Position numbers and translations under genes: made by a program | Assembly (NCBI RefSeq): GCF_009914755.1 | Contig: NC_060931.1 | Length of the DNA: 64,000 bases | Source: the human T2T-CHM13v2.0 reference genome, Homo sapiens | Reading direction: 5' to 3' (one strand) | Shown: positions 58,908-64,000 of the stretch, in pieces | Layout: each line of letters begins with the position of its first letter | Numbering within the stretch: the stretch's first letter is position 1 | Notes under the pieces: generated by a model | Database searches by the model: none | The model's input: the letters and a program-made list of their open reading frames with translations, nothing else | What the model was told of the DNA's origin: nothing

Positions 58908-60894
58908 CAAGTCCTCTGGCCTGAGAGCCCTAGAGGTCCTCTGGCAGAAATGATGCAGAAGACTTTGGGAAAGTAGGGAATGTGTTCCCGGTTCCTCAGC
59001 AGAGGGCCACTCTTATCTGTAATCACTCTCAGATAAGATCTTCTAAGATTGGCTGATATTCCTGTGGCCACCCAGGAAGGAGAGATTCTCCTTCAGCATC
59101 GCAAGTCAAGGAATGGGCATGGACGCAGCAGCAGAGACAAGGCGACCCCACAGACCACAGAGGGCACAAGCCACACCGTCTCCTTGAAAGAGTTGGTGGT
59201 GGTTGTGGTGAGTCCTCTTGGAATCTAGGAAAATAATAACAGGAAGACAGAAAGCTCTAAATTAAGGAGGTGCCCTAATCCTTCCTCCACCTCAAGGCTA
59301 CACTTCCAGTGTTTCACTGTGATCTGCCTCTGCCATTCATTTTTCTTCATTAAAATCCCTTTGCCAAGCTTTAATTTCCCCACTCCAAGCCCTTTGTGGT
59401 CTCTTGCCTGAGGTAAGCCAGGGGTTTGGACCCAGGGAAATGCTCAGAGTTAAACGCCCAGGGGTAGCCAAGGCAATGTTTCCAGGGTCAGGCACTGGAG
59501 CTGCAGGGTCACCAGGCTTCAGGGACCACAAGAACCAATAATGGGTAGAAATACAGAAGACCCCATTCATTTTTTAAACATCACATTAGACTCCTGGGTT
59601 TTTGTTTGGCACCAGGGAAGTGAGGGTGCCTTAGCAAAGGTGGAGCTTGAGAGCCCTCCCAGTCTGGCAGAATGAGGGCTGGAAATGAGCTCTTGAAATC
59701 AAAGTCTTCATAACAATTCTATGCACCATTCCTTTCACAACCCAGTTTGTGGTGCAAAATTCATACCCATTGTACTCACGCCCTCCGGGGTTGTGAGGAG
59801 TGTACCAATAACAAACTTGGGCTTCCCAAAGACTTTAAGGACAAATTCCAAATGACATCAACAAATATGGGAGTCAAAGACTCCCATAAAGCAAGAAGTT
59901 TTTTGTCTTCCAGCAGATAACAGCAAAGTGTTAATGTTAGCATTGGCGAAATACCTTCTGTCACTGTCAGCTGCCTCGGTTTTCTGTTACCCCTAAATGC
60001 CATTCGTGGTTTTATATTCTACCAAGCGTGCCTCTGTTTACATAATTAACAACTTCTGCAGTGGTTAATGGATGAGGAGAAAACTCTCTAAGGAGGCGAT
60101 CTTAATTCATCCCACGTCTCCTACAGGAAGACACACGCTTCTATGCAAAGCGTAGACATGACATGATGGGGGATTTACACACGGCCTTTATAGAGTAATT
60201 TACTAGCAAACTTGGGTGTATATTATTGTAAACTGCTGTATACCGTGTGATTACAAGATTAAGAAAGAAGGAGTGAATTGCTAATCTTGTCAGTCCAACT
60301 GTTTTCTTTCTTGATAACATTTGCGTTATTACACTTTGGGTGATGAAAGACTGTAATTGGCTGTTGACACTGATTGAAGGAAGGAGACGTGGCTTTTTCA
60401 AAAAAGAGAATTAATTAGCTTGGTGAGGGGGGTAACAATTCAATCTACAGCTCTCACAGCTGCAAAACAGAAGTGAACTGTCAAAGAGTGTTTTCATCTC
60501 TTTCTTTCCCACCTGCTTTTCTCCTTTTGATGACATCTTTTCCTAGATTTAACACATTTAAAATGGGCTCACCAAAGAAAGAGGTGTGTGGGGTGGAGGG
60601 AGCTGAGGAGCCTTCAGAGGAAAAACAGAGAATGTAGCTTTCAGGATTCACAGCAGAAATACTGTAAATGTGAGTGTGTTCCATTTGCATGTGTTTAAGC
60701 AATGTTGAAGGAAGACGTCACAGACAGATGAAGCTCAGCTAAATCTCTTTATGCCACTCAAGTTGTTTTAAACCAGTAACGAACACCTGAGACCTCGTTG
60801 CTTGCCTGGCAGTCGGACAAGGATAATCTAGGTAAGCTGACAAATCCTGGTTTACTTGGTTGAGTCTCCATGGAGGCTGATTGTATTAATGAAA

Positions 60895-61837
60895 ACTTGC
60901 TGTCCTACAAGATATAAGGTATGCTTGAACTGCAACCGGTTCAATATGGCACCTTTTCACCCACAAGAAACCCCAGGTCCAAGAGTTAGGAGGCAGAAGT
61001 GAATGGCTTCTCATTGTTACCCATAATAACCCCTTGCAAAATTTTTATTTCTGATCCCCACAACTTCAAGTGCTGCTGGTCTGGAAGTTTTAGTTCTCAA
61101 GGGAGGAACGCTGTCACCAAGGAGTACAACAAAGGTTTAGTTGAGGAAAGAGTTGAGACTGCCACCTGGTCACATTTGCCTTTTTATGCCCCTGAAGCAG
61201 TAGACAAGAAAGACGATGACTACAGTTGCTGGGGGAATTGATCCTGGTTATCAAGGGGAAACAGAGTTCCTGCTACATCATGCAGATAAGGAATATGTGA
61301 AACTCAAGGCATTCCCTGTGTACCTTTCTTCGTACTTACATGTCCAGTGGTAAAAGTTAATGAACACCACCACCAATGTAGGCAGGAAAGGGAATCAAGG
61401 TTTTGGTCCTTCCACAAGGTGAAGACCCATGACCAGCAGTGGAGCTGGCAGAGGGCAAAGGGAATACAGACTGAGGAGTGGCGTATGGCCTCATGCACGA
61501 TTGCTAACATAAGGATTACAACCCTGCATATCTTACTCTTTGCATTGTTACATACATATTAGTATATTACCATTAGTGAATTGATTTTATAGAAGATGTG
61601 TGGTTAGCTTTTGATTTTTGGCTTTAGGTTCACAGGATTATCAAAGGGGAACTGCCAACTGAACTAGAAATGGATATGGAGACTTAAGGGACTTTGAATC
61701 TCCATTTTGGGAAAGAATGATAGCATGTTCATTTGCATGAACGATAGTCACATCATATTAGGAGCATGCTGTTGTTGCTCATTATTTTTGTCTGGAAGTT
61801 AAACATTATTGTTGAATAGTCCACTACAGGGGTGGAC
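60895..61837 (+). mobile_element. ERVL internal remnant (integrase end, dUTPase, PPT)
   Basis: 61231-61260 translates GGIDPGYQGE (dUTPase motif III-like); aggggtggac PPT directly before the TG-starting LTR. Confidence 0.75.
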
Positions 61838-62220
61838 TGTGCTGGATTGCCAGTTGCCAAGTCAGTTGTATTTCCCCATTCATTTCTCTCCTGTACCAGA
61901 GGGGCTGGGAGTCTTGGAATCTACATTTCCCATAATCTTTGCTGGCAGCTTTCTGGGATTCCTCTAATGACAGGTACTCGAGGTTTGGAAGGCGGAAGTG
62001 AAGCAGAAGGCAGAAGTGAAGCAGAAGGCATCAGATTGTTCCTCTGGCAAGTGGGCTTTTGCAGATGTGCCATTTTACAGTGGCTTCCACTTGTTTTCCT
62101 TGACAACTTCCTTGAATGACTGACCCAGCCCCAATGTGCCTATCTCCTGTGAAAAATAAACCATCAGATTGGGACTGGTTTGAGTTTCCATTACATGCAA
62201 TTAAACATAATCCTGATAAA
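61838..62220 (+). mobile_element. ERVL 3' LTR, LTR40/LTR41-like
   Basis: ctacatttccca...tttggaaggcggaagtgaagcag (with an 18-bp tandem duplication), aataaa near the end. Confidence 0.6.
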
Positions 62221-62808
62221 ATCTGCATAAAAGAGATGACAGCTAGTTTTCATTTTCTGAGAAAATTACGCATGCAAACACATCTGTAGAGACTAATGTT
62301 TTCTAGAACTAAAAACTGAGCCATAATATAGCATTGATCCTTTTTTGAGCGGGGGATGTTAGGCAATCCGGTGGATAATGGCTAAAGTATTAAGCTCCAT
62401 TTGTGTCAAAGATACTGAATCATTGAAAATGAAAACTCATGTAATGATCCTTGTATAATGGTTGAAGGTTTATTATCAAAGGATAATTCAGGGATGGCAT
62501 TTATCCAGGTAGGTGAGATAATAGAATTTAAATGTTTTCTGGGACAGAACTTGGAGAAACTGAAAGACCAGTTAATATATAAATTAAATATTCTGCAAAT
62601 TACACTTACTTAAGTAGCATTGATTGATGTTTTGATTCAATTACCTTTTTCTATTCTGTATATTTATTATTGCTGATTAACCTGAAACTCATATGCTACA
62701 GATACCAGAGAAAATGGGTACATTTTGATGTGAACATTTGAGAAGCAGAATGGCTTCAGAGTCCTGTTTTGCTGCTAACTTCCTGGGTTTTATTTTCTTC
62801 TTGCTGGT

Positions 62809-63194
62809 TGATATGGCTTGGCAATGTGTTCTCACCCAATCGCATGTTTAATCGTGATTCCCATATGTCAGGGGAGGGACCTGGTGGGGGGATTAGATCA
62901 TGGGGGCAGATTTCCTCCTTGATGTTCTCATGATAGTGAGTTCTCGCATGATCTGATGGTTTAAAAGAGTGTGGCACTTCCCCTTCCCTCTCTTTCTCCT
63001 GCCACCATGTGAAGAAGGTGCTTGCTTCCCCTTTGCCTTCTGCCACGATTGTACGTTTCCTGAGGTCTCCCAATCCATGCTTCCCATTAGGCCTGTTAAG
63101 CCAGTGGAAGTGTGAGTCAATGAAACCTCTTTCCTTCATAAATTTACCCAGTCTCAGGTAGTTCTTTACAGCAGTGTGAATACAGACTAATACA
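62809..63194 (+). mobile_element. MSTA-like MaLR solo LTR
   Basis: tgatatgg...tgatggtttaaaagagtgtggcacttcccc...cagactaataca. Confidence 0.9.
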
Positions 63195-63365
63195 CCTGTA
63201 CTACAGAACAGATCATAAGTTCTTAGGAAACAGGACATGAATTATTCAGACACATGATGACATAACAGACGCAAGACTTATTGATGATATTTAGCATATA
63301 AAAATCTACACCAAGCAGGGACACACAGGGCAAAGGGAGACTGTAGTCTCATTACTGAGATTTTT

Positions 63366-63595
63366 GAGGTGGCATAATGCAGGGATTTAACAGTATGCAT
63401 TCTGAAATCAGATTTCATGGGCTCAAATCCCGGCTCCAAAATATAAGAGTAATTGAGGCAAGTTAGGAAGCTCATCTGAGCCTCAGATCCCTTATCTGTA
63501 AAATGAGGATGATTTTCTTGTCAACAATTTTTCATGAGGACTAAATAAATATAAGCGCCTTGCACGTAGTAAATATATGTTTACTATTATTACTA
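63366..63595 (+). mobile_element. MIR
   Basis: tctgagcctcagatcccttatctgtaaaatgagga core. Confidence 0.8.
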
Positions 63596-64000
63596 TGTCA
63601 CTCCATTTAATTGCTGGAATGGAACCTATTATTTTAACAATGCTGAAGATTCTGGGAAATCAATACAGATTTATGGCCTTCTTGAAAGGAGTGTTTCATG
63701 CAGTAAACTTCATTCAAAGCTATTACAGGAAATAATAAAACTCCAGTAATTATAATCATAAGCTCCCTTGGCTTAAAATGCATCTGTACATCATGGAGTC
63801 ACATGTAAAAATGGAGCCATAGGCTAATTCCTTGAAGTGCTGATTAAGAAACAATCAGATACCAAAATAATTTTAATGATGAGATGATTTTAATTTGCAG
63901 ATAAAGAACATTACTGAAAAGCTCTATTAACAAACACTTGCATAGCCAGATGTGCTTCGTTTTTCCTTTTAAAGAGAAATTTTGACATAAACACACATTC

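Noticed and set aside
62756-63238. 160-aa minus-strand ORF
   Set aside because: Lies across the MSTA LTR, which is non-coding
63600-64000. 3' end of the neighbouring gene (SLC35B4, from memory of the locus)
   Set aside because: No supporting coding sequence visible; expected beyond the window edge

Overview
Primate (human-like) genomic DNA, dominated by interspersed repeats. Four + strand exons (23656-23744, 25051-25176, 34355-34503, 39967-40097) have canonical AG/GT boundaries and splice in frame to ERDSIHRQHEAARQALMGRIRPDHTLLFQRGPVPAPLTSG...[21 protein letters not shown]...PTLPPIPQGRR*. I recognise this from memory, without a database check, as the C-terminus of LRGUK (leucine-rich repeats and guanylate kinase domain containing; human 7q33). 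Positions ~1-40 kb are therefore LRGUK introns and last exons, followed by the 3' UTR and ~23 kb of downstream DNA. Repeats include a full-length but dead sense-oriented L1PA5/6-like element with a 17-bp TSD (15193-21327), about 15 Alus, old L1M/L2/MIR/L4 relics, MaLR LTRs (MLT1, THE1, MSTA), an ERVL remnant with a dUTPase motif, and hAT MITEs. Nearly all ORF-track entries are repeat-derived or chance ORFs. I see no clearly new multi-gene system. The best leads are: an Alu whose TSD duplicated an LRGUK splice donor; a compact three-way-junction fold in the distal 3' UTR; a 76-bp direct repeat bracketing one exon with a fold-back hairpin at its junction; and, in the L1, a doubled-length ORF0 and a new Kozak ATG opening a 715-aa RT-like ORF. 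Repeat subfamily names are by eye and old-repeat boundaries are approximate.
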